Below are positions 51,571 to 64,000 of a DNA stretch of 64,000 nt, in pieces. Each line of letters opens with the position of its first letter. Position 1 is the stretch's first letter. The translations under genes were made by a program, and so were the position numbers. The DNA comes from the human T2T-CHM13v2.0 reference genome, Homo sapiens: assembly GCF_009914755.1 (NCBI RefSeq), contig NC_060927.1; one strand, given 5' to 3'. The notes below the pieces were generated by a model. That model saw only the letters and a program-made list of their open reading frames with translations, did no database searches and was not told where the DNA came from.

Positions 51571-53329
51571 GTAAAAGATGGGGGAGAAAACCCCTTGAGT
51601 ATCAAATTTAGAAGGCCACAATAGTGAAGCGTCTGTGCCTACTGTTTGCAGAATGTGGAAGGTTTAGGGTGTTTACTACTGTATGTTGAATAATGATTCT
51701 CTTAAAACTTTTGTGAATTGTAAAAGTAAATCCCTAGGAATGCTGGGCAGTGATAACCTGACTCTCCCATTTTCACCTGCATACACATACCCAGAACATC
51801 CTTTTCTCCTTCACAACAGGGAAGTTGGAAGGTAAAAGTTATTTTCTACCAATATAAAGTCTTAGATTTTTATTTACTAAATTCTTAACACAGTACATGG
51901 CACAGTTACCTTTTAAAGGCTTTCCATTTCTTTAATCTGAGCCCACAGCAACCCCATTTTAAGGAGAGGAACTAGAGCCAGAGAGATTTAGGAGCCAGCC
52001 TGTACCTCAGGAATGAGAGACATTACTTGCGGGAGCAGAGATTTGAGCTCGGCAATACTCCCAGACCCACACTTGCCCTTGCTTTTGATTTTCTACCTCC
52101 CTAATGAACAAGTGGGGATCATGAAAGTCAGCTGTGCCCAGCTTACTTAGAGCACCTGTTTCTGTCTGAGCAATGAAAAGCCATTTGATTGGCGGTCAAC
52201 TTGGAGAAACCTTGACCCTAAAAGATAATGCCATAAAGACCAAACACACTGGGCGATCATATCATTTCAACTTGACAAAATTTGTCGTACTCTTTTCTCG
52301 AGGTGGACTTCTTTTTTTGCTAGTGGCAGGGGTAGATATCCTTGTTTTGCTGGTAATTATCACCATTTACCTTAGACTTCATAGGTGGTTTTTTATGTAT
52401 TCCTCATGAAAGCCATAGCCAAAGACCTTTTCAACCCCAAGCATCTGTCTCTTGGTAGGTACTGGCTTCAGGCAAGTGGCTTCTCTCATTAAGAAAATAC
52501 AGTAATTTGAGTGTCATTGCTACAAGGGAAGTGTTCCTATGTACTCCATCACACCAACTGCAGTGAGACTATCAGGAAAGCTTTGGGTACCCTCCCCAGG
52601 AAAACTGCACATCACTCTGCTGAAATTTCAGGAAAAGTTTACGGGTCTCAAGGACAGAGTTGAAGTCAAAAAATTTCACCTTCATGTTAATTTTTTATGG
52701 ATTTTTTAAGGGTGGGGGGAGGCAAAAAGATTTATTTCACCATTCCCTTTGTCTTCTTAAAACTCAGAAGAAACCTCACAGACCAATGAGAGAGTTTGAA
52801 ATCGCTATTTTAAGAGGCATAGCATAAAAGAATTTTGATAGAAAAGTAGAGCAAAATAAGCAGTAAAACCTCATCCCTAACATTCTCCAGCTGCCTGACA
52901 TCCTGGTTCAGTTCCAGAGACTTGGACCACTGCTCCCTAGTTCCAGGGGGTGGCACAGGAGCCAAAAACGAGACCTGAGGCTGAAGCCCAACAGAAGATG
53001 AAACTTGGGAGCAGCCTCAGCTTCGGGAATCCTCACTTCCTGGCACAGCAGGTTTGGGTGCCACAGAGCCCAGGGCTAGACACCTGCCAGCAGTCCATCA
53101 GTCACAGTCTCAGATGAGTGGCATCAAGGTGGAGCCCACTGAGGTGAAGGAAGGAGCTGTGAGGGACACCTGCATCCTGCTGCAGAAATGTCTGCCCCCC
53201 GCCTTGTCCCACCGCAGCTCTATCTCACAGTTGGAGAAGCAGAAGCAAAGCAACCTGTCCTGGACCATGCAGCCTGGTCCTCTGTTTCCAGAGCCAGAGG
53301 TCTTTGTGCTCTGAAACAAAGACAGTGAC

Positions 53330-53535
53330 CCCATTAACCCACTGGCACTTACTGTGTGCCAGGCACTCAGCCTGTGTTGTCTCATTGCAGCACAGAGCAG
53401 CCCTGGGAATGGAAGCAGTGTCATCATTCCCATTTTTCAGGTGAGGCACAGGCTCAGAAAGGTCAAGAAACTTGCTCACGGTCTCACAGCTGGTGAGTAG
53501 GTTGTCAGACTCCAAAGATGTGTGCTGCTAACCCT
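53330..53535 (-). mobile_element. MIR SINE
   Basis: 'gcacttactgtgtgccaggcact...cccatttttcaggtgaggcacaggctcagaaaggtcaag'. Confidence 0.85.
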
Positions 53536-55239
53536 GCCCAAAGGGACTTCATCCTCCTCCCTCCTTCCCAGGCAGTTCTCCCAACCACCCACCAACAGGC
53601 AACGTAGGTGTGATTGCCTTCAAAGTTTTCTACTTGCCTTCAAGCTTGAAGCACTGGAGACTGAGGGAAGAGAGCACTGGAAGTGGAGGAAGAAAAAAGA
53701 GCTGTTCCCTCCAAGGTTGTTCCCTTGGGCCTGACTCGACTGGAAGAAGCAGGGTGTATATGTGTGTGTGTGTGTAATTGACTTTGTGACCATGAAACTG
53801 AGTTAATACTCTTCTGTCTTTGCCTGTTTCTTCTTGTACATCACCTAGAGGAATACCCATTAATGTTTAGAGGCAGAGAACAATAGAAAATAGCACTGTT
53901 CAAGGACCAAAAATTTAAAAAGACTGCTGACATACAGCATAGAATGTGAAAGTCCCTGATAATCTTATCCCTAGGGATAACCACTTGCCATTTTTTTACA
54001 ATTTCAATTTTTTATGATTATAAAAGTCATACACATTTAAAAATACTTCAAAATAAATACAAAATAAAAATAAATGCTTCATTGCTTAGGTTACCTTGGT
54101 ACATGCAAGGTCTGAGACCACATCCATCAATGCAGTTTGCTGCGTGGATTACCAGATCTCTCCAACATTGACCTCAATTTTTTACTCTGAGAGCAAACAG
54201 AATGGGCAAGGGCTGACCTGAAATCCTTTTGAAACACAAGCTGGATCCTAGGGCTTTGACCTCCACTGCTCACTGCCACATGGGATCCGTCTCTGTGCCC
54301 CACTCTGCCCCAGCCCCACTGGCCTTCCTGCTGCTGCTCACACAGGCCTACTCTTAAGGCCTTTGCATACTCTGTTCCCTGCAGAGGCCTCTGCCTCTGA
54401 ACAAATGTGGGACCCATCTCTGCCAAGGCTGGGAAGCAAACAGCCCCCACTTTGCCTTGTCAGCCTGTGTTTGCACCATTCCTGTGGTGGCCTCTCCCAG
54501 CTGCTTTCACGTGGGATTTGAGCTCTGGGAAGCTGGAAGTTTGTGGAGTCCACTTCCCTCATTTTGCATATATGGATGATAAAGCCCACAGGCAAGGGCT
54601 CTGACAAAAGGAAAGATTCCTTCCATTTGGCATTGTGATGCAGAGGCTGTCACAGACAAGCCTGGGAATTTGGGATACATCTTGCTGAGCCTAGAGACAG
54701 AAAAGAGCTTCTAGGCTGCCTTCCCTGAGCCCCGGGCCAGGCCCCTCCAGGACACACTTGCATGGCACCCTGTTCTTTAAAACACTGCACACCAACGACT
54801 ATGCAAAGGATTAACTGACTTCTCAATATTCTTGTTTTCTACCGAGTGATAAGCTTCAGAAGGACAAGGTATGAGTCCGTTTTGCTCTTTTGCCTTCCCC
54901 AGCACATGGCACAATGCCCAGCACATAGTGTTTTGAGAGACAGCTGACTGGCTGTCTCATACAAGGCCCTGCTCTGTTGGGCACAAGGGCTGCTTAACAC
55001 ATTCCTATGCTACAAAAGACAGTGCTCCTCTCCAGGAACCACCAAATAAATTCAGATACTAATGCCAAAAAGAAGGCAGCATCAGCTTGGGAAAAGAGTG
55101 CCTTTAAGGCACTGTTTCTCTCTATGAAGGCAGTGTGGAATGATAGGGATGATCTAGGACCTAGAGGAGAGACCTTAAGTCTTACTTGCAGCCAAAAGCC
55201 TTCAAACCTGAGCTAGCCAGAACTGTTACATCAGAATTC

Positions 55240-55655
55240 TCACCCATGACAAGAAGCCTGGAGGGAGTCCAGGGTTGATGGATTGACTTAAGGTGTCATC
55301 AAAAGCTTAGACTTTACCCTTCTGCTGCACCACCCTTATTGCCTTGTTGTCACAAGAGGACTACTGCTGTTCAAGTCATCACTTCCACATTCCAGAAGGA
55401 AGAAAGGAGAGGTAGAGGGCCAGAAGTATCCCCTCCTTTTATCAGGAGCCATTAACTTTCCCAGAAACTTCCATGTCCACCCAGCAGACCTCCACTTACA
55501 TCTCACTAGGCAGAACTCCTATCACTTGGCCACCCCAGCAGTCAGGGAAGCTGGAAGGGTGAGCATTCAGCTATAGAGAGTGGAAGCACAAGCAGCAAGG
55601 GAAGAACAGGTCAGTAATTGCTGTAGAGTTTCCTGCCCAGCAGCATCTGCCAAAA
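55240..55655 (-). mobile_element. Old MLT1 (J/K/L-like) MaLR LTR
   Basis: 'ccagcagacctccacttacatctcactaggcagaact...cacttggccacccc...gggaagctggaagg'. Confidence 0.7.
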
Positions 55656-55664
55656 CTAGGTAAA

Positions 55665-56228
55665 TTATTTTTTAACATAATAGTATTTTTGTGGATTTTC
55701 TTACAAAAGCAATGCATATATATTGTTACTTTGAAAAATAAAGATTTTAAATCTTCAACAAGCCCATTACTCAGGAGTGATGACTGTTATTCTTGGTTTA
55801 TTAGCTTTCTAGATCTTTGTATTTTTTTTAACGTGGGTAGAACCACAATATGGGTTGCTCTGAAATTAGCCTTTACACTTGGCATTGTGAAAAATCTTTC
55901 CAAATCATTAAATGTTCTCTGCAGAATTACATTTTATGTATTTGTGTTTTATTGAATAAGGCACATAATTTGTTTATTCAGTCTCTTGGTGTTCGGCATG
56001 TTTATAACAGTAAAATGTGAGAAACCAAAACTAGTGATTCTCCTTGTAGCTCAATCTTTGACCCAGATGTTCCCCTTCTAGGAATGTCTTGGAGTATCTG
56101 TGGTTGTGTACATCTTTAGAGCTTTTGAAACTTCCCACCAAATCGCCTTTTTAGATGAACTGTTCCAATGTACGATCCCAAGAAATGAGAGTACCCATTT
56201 CCACCCCCTAAAATTTTCACCAACACTT
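55665..56228 (-). mobile_element. L1ME-type 3' remnant
   Basis: 'ccaaatcgcctttttag...aaatgagagtacccatttcc...caccaacact'. Confidence 0.6.
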
Positions 56229-56487
56229 AAAAAAAAGACTGGGGAACAGGAATGGTAACCTAGCCCAGCCCTCTTGTTTCCAAGATGAGAGAACAAAGGG
56301 AAGCACTTGCACAGGACATACAGCATGGCCAGCCTTGGAACCCAGGTGGCAAGATGGAAGGCCAGGCCCCTCCGGGGTTCTCAAGGAGAGACGGACAAGG
56401 TCAGAAGACTTCAGGGGCATGATGCCTTGTAGACCATGGGTGTGTGCAGTCCCTGGTCTGGCAGTCCCTGGGTGGACAGATTTGCTC

Positions 56488-56498
56488 ATGACTCAGCA
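56488..56498 (+). promoter_or_regulatory. Consensus antioxidant response element (NRF2/BACH-sMAF, overlapping AP-1)
   Basis: ATGACTCAGCA is an exact match to RTGACTCAGCA. Confidence 0.45.
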
Positions 56499-56610
56499 TC
56501 GTATTTCAACCCAAGTTGTGTGACCCTAAGCTTCTCACTTAACTGTTTCTGGGATCAGTAAAAAGAGGAAATAGGGCCCAGAACCAGGTCCTGTTGTCAG
56601 CCATCATGTC

Positions 56611-56987
56611 TGTTAGGGACTGAATTGTGTCCTCCTAAACTTATGTGTTGAAGCTCTAACCTCCAATGTGATTGTATTTGGAGATGGGACCTTTAAGGAG
56701 ACAATAGAGGTTAAATTAGGTCATAAGGGCGGGACCCTAATCCAATAAGACTGGTATTCTCCTAAGAGGAAGAGACTCCAAAAAGGTGAGTTACCAGAGG
56801 AAAGATCATGTGAGGACTCAGCGAGGAGGTGGCCTTCTACAACCCAAAGAGAGAGGCCTCAGGAGAAACCAAACAGTCCAAGCTACGTTGATCTTGGGCT
56901 TCTAGACTCCAGAACTGTGAGAAATACCTTCCTGTTGTTTTAGCCAACCAGTCTGTGGTATTATGGCAACGGCAGAACACTCATACA
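56611..56987 (+). mobile_element. MLT1A0/MLT1B-like solo LTR, full length
   Basis: TG...CA ends, 'tgaattgtgtcctcc', 'ctccagaactgtgagaaata'. Degenerate 5-bp TSD atgtc/gtgcc. Confidence 0.9.
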
Positions 56988-57096
56988 GTGCCCCAACAGG
57001 TGTAGCAATCACTGCTACTTCTCCTGAATCCCAAGCCACAAGTGTCAGATACCCTAAAACTGGAGTCAGATTCTTTCCATAATCCTTGAATATGCA

Positions 57097-57531
57097 TGTG
57101 GCAGATGCTATGGGTGCCCCACGCAGGGCTGTGATGGACATTTCCCTGCATGCTGACTGCATCCACGCCACCCCTCTCCAGCTATATATACTTGAAGCTC
57201 TTGCTGGTGCCCTGGGAGCCGCTCAGCCTACATACAGGCCATAGGTGCTAAGTACCTGGGAGCCAACGCCCGTGAAGCTGTATTCCACCAGTGAGGAATG
57301 GAAGTCAGAATTGTCCCAACATTCTGCATAGCTCCCCAGATGGTCTCCAGCAGGATGGAACCCCAGTTGCCCATCTGGACTGGTTCATTGATGCCCTTTA
57401 TTGGCTCATATTCCTCTCCTCTCTTACACCTCCCTCCCCTGCAAACTCATTCCAGGACCGCTTCGTGGAATGTCCTCTCAGGTAAACTACTTGCCACAGC
57501 ATTTGCCTTTGAGGGAACCCAAACTAAAGCA
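57097..57531 (+). mobile_element. LTR16-family ERVL LTR
   Basis: 'gaaccccagttgccca', 'taaactacttgc', terminal 'gagggaacccaaactaaagca'. Confidence 0.7.
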
Positions 57532-57559
57532 TGTGAAAAAGCTGTGGGAGGAGTTGTTG

Positions 57560-58200
57560 TTGTTGTTTTAATAGATTATATTTTTAGAGCAAAACTGAGT
57601 GGAAGGTACAGATTTCCTATGAACTCCCTCCCCCATACCTACATAGCCTCCTCTGTTATCAGTGTCCCCCACCAGAGTGGTACAGTGGTTATAATTGATG
57701 AGCCCACCTTAGCACATCATTATCACATAAAAGTCCATAGTTCACATTAGGGTTCACTCTTGATGTTGTATATTCTATAGGTTTTGACAAACTTAATGAC
57801 ATGTGTCTTCCACTATAGTATCATACAGAATAGTTTCACTGCCCGATTCTCTGTGCTCCACCTATTTATCTCTCCCTTTCTTCTAACCCCTGGCAACCAC
57901 TGATCTTTTTACCTTTGATGTTGTATATTCTACAGGTTTTGACAAACATATAATGACATGTGTCTTCCACTATAGTATCATACAGAATTGTTTCACTGCC
58001 CTAAATATTGTCTGTGCTCCACCTATTCATCTCTCCCTTTCTCCTAACCCCTGGCAACCATTCATCTTTTTACTTAATTTTGCCTTTTCCAGAATGCCAC
58101 ATAGTTGGAATTATACAGCATGCAGTCTTTTCAGATTGGCTTATTTAACTTAGTAATATGCATTTAAGGTCTTTCCATGTTTTCTGTGGGTTGAGAGCTC
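57560..58200 (-). mobile_element. L1MC1-like 3' end (non-inverted part), with an internal 155-bp tandem duplication
   Basis: 'ccaccagagtggtaca', 'agtccatagttcacattagggttcactcttg', 'cttagtaatatgcatttaaggt'. Confidence 0.9.
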
Positions 58201-59272
<1,072 letters not shown>

Positions 59273-59627
59273 CTGTTTTTAACCCAAGACAGACCCAGGT
59301 GCATATACACACACACCACCCAAATAGAACATTTGCTCAGGGGGCAATGAGCAGCCCCTGAAGCTGCAGAGCCCAAGTCCTTATTATGGGGATGATGGCA
59401 GTTGAAGCAATGGCCTCTGCCACAGGACATCAAAGCAGGAGCCTTCAAGTTAGACATAGCTATGTCCCAATCCCAGCACTCACACTCACTAGCAGGAAAA
59501 TCTTAGGGGATAACTAGCTACGTCTGCATTTCATCAACTGGGGGAGTGGAAATAACACCAACTTCACAGGATAAGTGAGAGGCCTGAGAACAAGATAAAA
59601 CAGTGTCAAGATAAAACTCTGTGCTCA

Positions 59628-60020
59628 GTGGAAGGCAGCCATGGAGCTGTGCAGCTCAGATCTCCCTACCAGGAAGGAATTCCTGTTCAGCCACAAGGAA
59701 CACAGTGAGCTGGCAGCCTCCTGCTGCAGAGCCTTCAAGTATGCCTCAGCTTTTGAGCAGAGGCCGTACTCTTTCCGGGCAGTCGCCAGCTAAAGACAGA
59801 GGCACAGCAGAGTACTAGGGCCTGGCCATTTCTATCCAACATAGGGCTTCTCTAAGAGGAAACCTGTGTGCAGGAGCTCTGTGTTGAACTGGCTGAGACC
59901 ATCGGGTCATACTGCAGGCTGAGGTTCTCCTGCCCAAACCTGCCTCCTCTCCTTTTTCTCTCACAGGCATCCCACTCCTCCTGCCCCCATGCAAACCTCT
60001 CTCACTCCTGCTTCTCTCTC
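59628..60020 (+). mobile_element. LTR16A/B-like ERVL LTR
   Basis: 'gagctggcagcctcc', 'gtactagggcctggccatttct', 'ctggctgagacc', 'ctcctgcccaaacctgc'. Confidence 0.7.
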
Positions 60021-60174
60021 ACCTGGGTTCACTGAAAGAGGATGCTAACACATCTTTCCCTTCCTCCCTTGTTTCTATACCTACTGCACAAAATAGCAGC
60101 AACAGAGACAGGTTTTCATTGGGTTTCATTTGACAATCTCTAGATATTTTATCCTGGTGGGATCCTCCAAAGGA

Positions 60175-60593
60175 ATCAGGATCATTCAGGGCTCTTCCAT
60201 GCAACCAAGAGAGAGACCCCAGTTCATTGGATAAGAAAAGGCATAAGAATTCACTGGAATACTATGGGATACTCGGAGAACTTAAGGAAAGCTAAAGAAC
60301 CAGGGTAAGAACCAGATGGCTCACAATCTCTGAGAATTAGTAAGCTCTCTTTTTTCAGACCACCACTGTTGACAGCAATAAGCTCCTGTCAAATTTTTGT
60401 CCTTGTAACATCCCACTCAGGGCTCAGATTCCAAGGAGAAGGTGTCTAATTGAACCAGGAGGTGGTGGGGTGCTCTGAGAAGCAACTATTCTTCCATTGA
60501 TGGACAGACCCACTGACCTTGTGTCCAAAGCAAGATCAGGGCACCTGCCATCAGAAGGTGGATGGATCTGCCAGGTGGCTAACTCTACCCACA
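60175..60593 (-). mobile_element. Old MLT1 (M/N/O-like) LTR
   Basis: 'ctcagattccaaggagaaggtgtctaattg' motif. Confidence 0.5.
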
Positions 60594-61087
60594 TCATCCA
60601 ACAGAATCTAATGGGAGAAGAAAAAGTGTCCCCCCTTCTCCAATTACTGCCAAGAGCTCAAATGTATCTCCAATTCATTTCCACCTAACCACCATCTATT
60701 CCTACCCTAAGAGTTTAATTTGAGTTTCTTGGGTTCAGTATCATTGTGCCTAATCTTAAATTTTTCATCCTCGCAAGTATCAGGAGTCAAGGATATGTTC
60801 AAACACTCTCAAAAATACTTATTTGGGATATAACAAGCTGCTTTTCTTTCCTCCAAAAGAAAATAAGCCCTCCCTGACCCAACCCTTCCCACACTTGCCA
60901 CCAGCACCATGATGGAGGACAATCAGCCTTGAGAGTACCAGTTTCATCATCAGGCCCTCAAAGGTCTCAGGATTTATTGAAATCTTTAAAGGCCATTTCA
61001 TGTTCCTTTAACTTTCCAAGTTAAGCTCCTCATCCCAACACAAAAGCACTTCTGATAGCTGGGGAAATTCATTGACATCCAAGAGGT

Positions 61088-61538
61088 CCACAGCAGGAGA
61101 TGTGGCACCCTGCCCATATCCTCTAGGCAGGTATTCACCTTTAAACCGTACAGGCTGCTGCCTGCCCACTCTCTGCCTCAGAACTTTTGTAGGGCTTTAT
61201 TTTTGTTTTGACTGCTCAAAGGTCATACTGGAACTGCAGAGAGTAAATCACCCCTAGGGAGAAGCCCTCATCCAGTGACAAATGGGGACTAAATAAATGC
61301 ACCAACTCCCTTGTCCTTGGGGGAATACTGTGTGCTATATGGTCTTCCAAGTTCCTCGGTGGGACTAAGCTCCACTTGCCCACAGCAGTCACTTTTGAAA
61401 ATGCACCTGTACTGGCCGCCTTCCTTTCCTGTCTCACTTCTCCTCTCTACTGCTGCTTCCTTGGATCCCCTCCCAAACAAATTACTTGCACATAAATCCT
61501 TGTCTCAGTCTGTTCCCCTAGAAGTAGACTCCGAGACA
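61088..61538 (+). mobile_element. LTR16C-like ERVL LTR
   Basis: 'agccctcatccagtgac', 'ccttcctttcctgtctcacttc', 'ctcccaaacaaattacttgcacataaatccttgtctcag'. Confidence 0.75.
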
Positions 61539-61881
61539 AAGCCCATCTTTAACCAGTTAAAGTTTCTGTCTAGAAACACTTAGAGCACAGCAGCTTCCCT
61601 CTGCTGCTGGCAGAAGTCAGGGAAGGAAGCACCAGGCAGGGGCCTCTGGCCAGCTGAGGGGACACCTATCTGTGCAAGCCACCCACCTTCTCCCCTAAGC
61701 TACTCAAGAGCCCAGACCTTGCGTCAGAGCGGCGGGTTCTGCCCTCTAGGCCTGGGTGGTGCTAGGAGGATGCTGCTAGGAATGGAAGGGATGCAGATGC
61801 CAACAGCCTTTCACTGCCTATAGGCACATTTCACACTGACAGGCTACCGGGGGTGTAACACTATTTTTATTTAAAACACCG

Positions 61882-61895
61882 GTTGCCATAGTAAC
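61882..61895. promoter_or_regulatory. RFX X-box motif
   Basis: GTTGCCATAGTAAC matches the X-box palindrome GTTNCCATRGYAAC. Confidence 0.55.
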
Positions 61896-62729
61896 ATCCA
61901 CATGACCCAATACTTATTCTAAGTCACACAGAAAATACCCTTGGGAAGGAATGAGAGAAGCACTGTGTGAGTGCAGTGCAGCCCTGGGAATCAAATAGCA
62001 AGCAGGCAGCGCCTGGAAAAGAAAATGCCACCACAGCCCACCTGTCTGAGCTCCTCCTCCAAACACCTGCCCAAGTCTTCCTGTGGTTTGTTTCACTTTG
62101 CAATTGATGAAAATGTTCAGAGGCCTATGGAGAGTGCTGCGATCTGCCCAGGCCTTGTGGGCTGCAGCTCTTCTCTGGAGGTCAGAAGTTTCCTCCAGAG
62201 TGACCTCAGCCACAGGTCAAGATGGGTGCTAAGAACCACCTTCAGCCCTAGGCACAGGGTGGTGAAGTGTGCAGGAGGACAGGCTTCCAGCTGCAGCCAG
62301 CTTTCCACAGCAGCTAAGGAGGCAGGGAGTTTACATCCCCACCATCCTGAAATGGGAAGGCCTGGTCTGGACCATGCCACCTGGAGGGTACCCCCAGAGG
62401 AGAAAAGGAAAAATCAAAAAGGAATTAGCTTTTAAGGACCAGAAGGAAAGCTCATTCTGTAGCAGCCCCCACCCCCTGCATGCCCTCCCTGACCTGGGCC
62501 ATCAGGATTTCAGTTTTTGTGCACCGATAGCAGTTTCTTTACTTCCTCATTAGCAAAAGCCCTAGGCAGACAATGTTAACATCTGAGGCCCTCAGAGACA
62601 CTGAGGACCCCTGAGTGTCCCTGTGAGGCCTACAGAGCTTTGGACAGAGGCTATGATGGTTCAGCTCAGGTTGGGGCCTACCAGTCTGGCTGCCAGGGGA
62701 GCTCGGCATGCCTTGCCTATGCCATGCCA

Positions 62730-62870
62730 GGCAAGTTACTTCCCATTTCTGAGCCAGAGTTTTCATCTATGCCCCAGGCACAACAGTACCCATTTCACAG
62801 GTTTATCATAAGGATTAGATGATGATTGTAAAGTACCTGACACATACAGCAACCACTGATTAGTAATTGT
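62730..62870 (+). mobile_element. MIR SINE (an opposite-strand MIR follows at ~62990-63200)
   Basis: 'ggcaagttacttcccatttctgagccagagttttcatctat...cacaggtttatcataaggattagatga'. Confidence 0.75.
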
Positions 62871-64000
62871 TGATATGATTCTCGGGGAGGGGTAGGTATA
62901 GATCATCCTTGAGAAGCACCAAGTGGACAAATCACACAGAGCTTCTCCCTTTCCCCGATGGTTTGGTAACAATAATTACAATATAACCATGGCAAGTATC
63001 TATTGGACACTTGGTGTATGCAAGTACCTGGCTCATTTAATATTGACAGTGATTCTGTAAAGATCTGTGTTCATACACAGTGAGAAACTCTAGTTTCCCT
63101 ATCACAGAGGGTAGATAACCTACCCAAGCAGCTGGTATGCTGTGGAGCTGGGACTTGAACCTGGATCTGGCTCCTGAATATGTGCTTTTAGACATCATGC
63201 TATGAAAGTGATCACCTGGGACTGCCTTACCCAAGAAGATGGTGGCAAAAGAGCAGGTAAGAGATGTTTGTGGAAGCAGGGCGGCGCCGGCCCTGGCTTT
63301 GTGGGTAATGACAGGGCTGAAGAGAGTTCAGGGCTGGCTGCTTGTATATTAGTCTCAGATCTGTGCCTGCCATCGTTATCGTCTCTCCGCCACCCCCCAC
63401 CCCCAAGCCTGATTTGGCAGCCATAAGGACTCTTCCAGATTATCAATATCTATCATTCAGTGGCCAGACCTAGAAGAGGGCAGAATGGGCCCAGAGGGAC
63501 AATTGAGAAGGTGCTGCTGTATTTTGAGTCATTGAAACATTTGTCCTGGGCCACAAGTGTGGGGTCCTCCAGAGTGAGGACCCTCATGAGCACCAGGCTC
63601 TGTGGGGCAGATAGGGGCTCTTGTGGGACAGCTCCTGCCTATGGTTGCTGCCACCAGCAGTGTCACAGAGGCAAGAGGAGGTTCCAGGGCTACAGCAGGG
63701 CCCTGTCAAAGCTGCAGTCTGCTATTCCTTACTCTGGTGGCCATTGGCATTGCTTTGAAGATGGAGGCAGTTTCAATGGGCCCTGGACCCCATTAACACT
63801 TCCTCTTAGAGAATGTTCTAACAGAGAAAAACATCAAGTAGGGTCTTAGTCTGACAGATCTGGGCAAGATGATCTGTTTGACATTGGAAATTCTTTAACC
63901 TCCAGAAGTCTCTATTTTCTCATCTTTCAAGTGGAAGTAATGCTCACCTGTAGCAGACACTGTCGGGCCTCACCCACAGCAGGTTGTTAGGGGACAGTTT

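Noticed and set aside
61971-62435. 154-aa ORF
   Set aside because: It is Ser/Pro/Cys-rich with a non-ATG start and no recognisable domain, which is consistent with a chance frame.
62704-62738. p53-like half sites
   Set aside because: The half sites are mismatched and not correctly juxtaposed, and part of the stretch lies in a MIR.

Overview
This is primate (human-like) non-coding DNA, either intergenic or deep intronic. I find no supportable protein-coding gene, tRNA, rRNA or CRISPR array. The listed ORFs are antisense-Alu frames or chance frames. Much of the window is transposon-derived: 11 Alu copies (J, S and Y), L1PA/L1MB/L1MC/L1ME fragments, L2, MIR, ERVL/MaLR LTRs, a MER21 LTR, an ERVL gag remnant and hAT MITEs (MER5, MER91). 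There is one 5'-truncated U6 snRNA retropseudogene. The most unusual structure is an AT-rich block at ~17.1-30.7 kb. It may be one ancient minus-strand retroposed or ORF1-only (HAL1/L1TD1-like) unit, with a decayed coiled-coil/ORF1-like CDS, a long 3'UTR-like tail and an AATAAA/A-rich end, broken up by nested insertions (L1 > MER21 > Alu). Other notable items are a twin-primed L1MC with an internal 155-bp duplication, a 72-bp palindrome replacing an L1PA tail, candidate plus-strand exons, CTCF/RFX/ARE motifs and several repeat-free enhancer-like blocks. Repeat subfamily names come from my recollection of consensus sequences, not from a search, and boundaries of old repeats are approximate.
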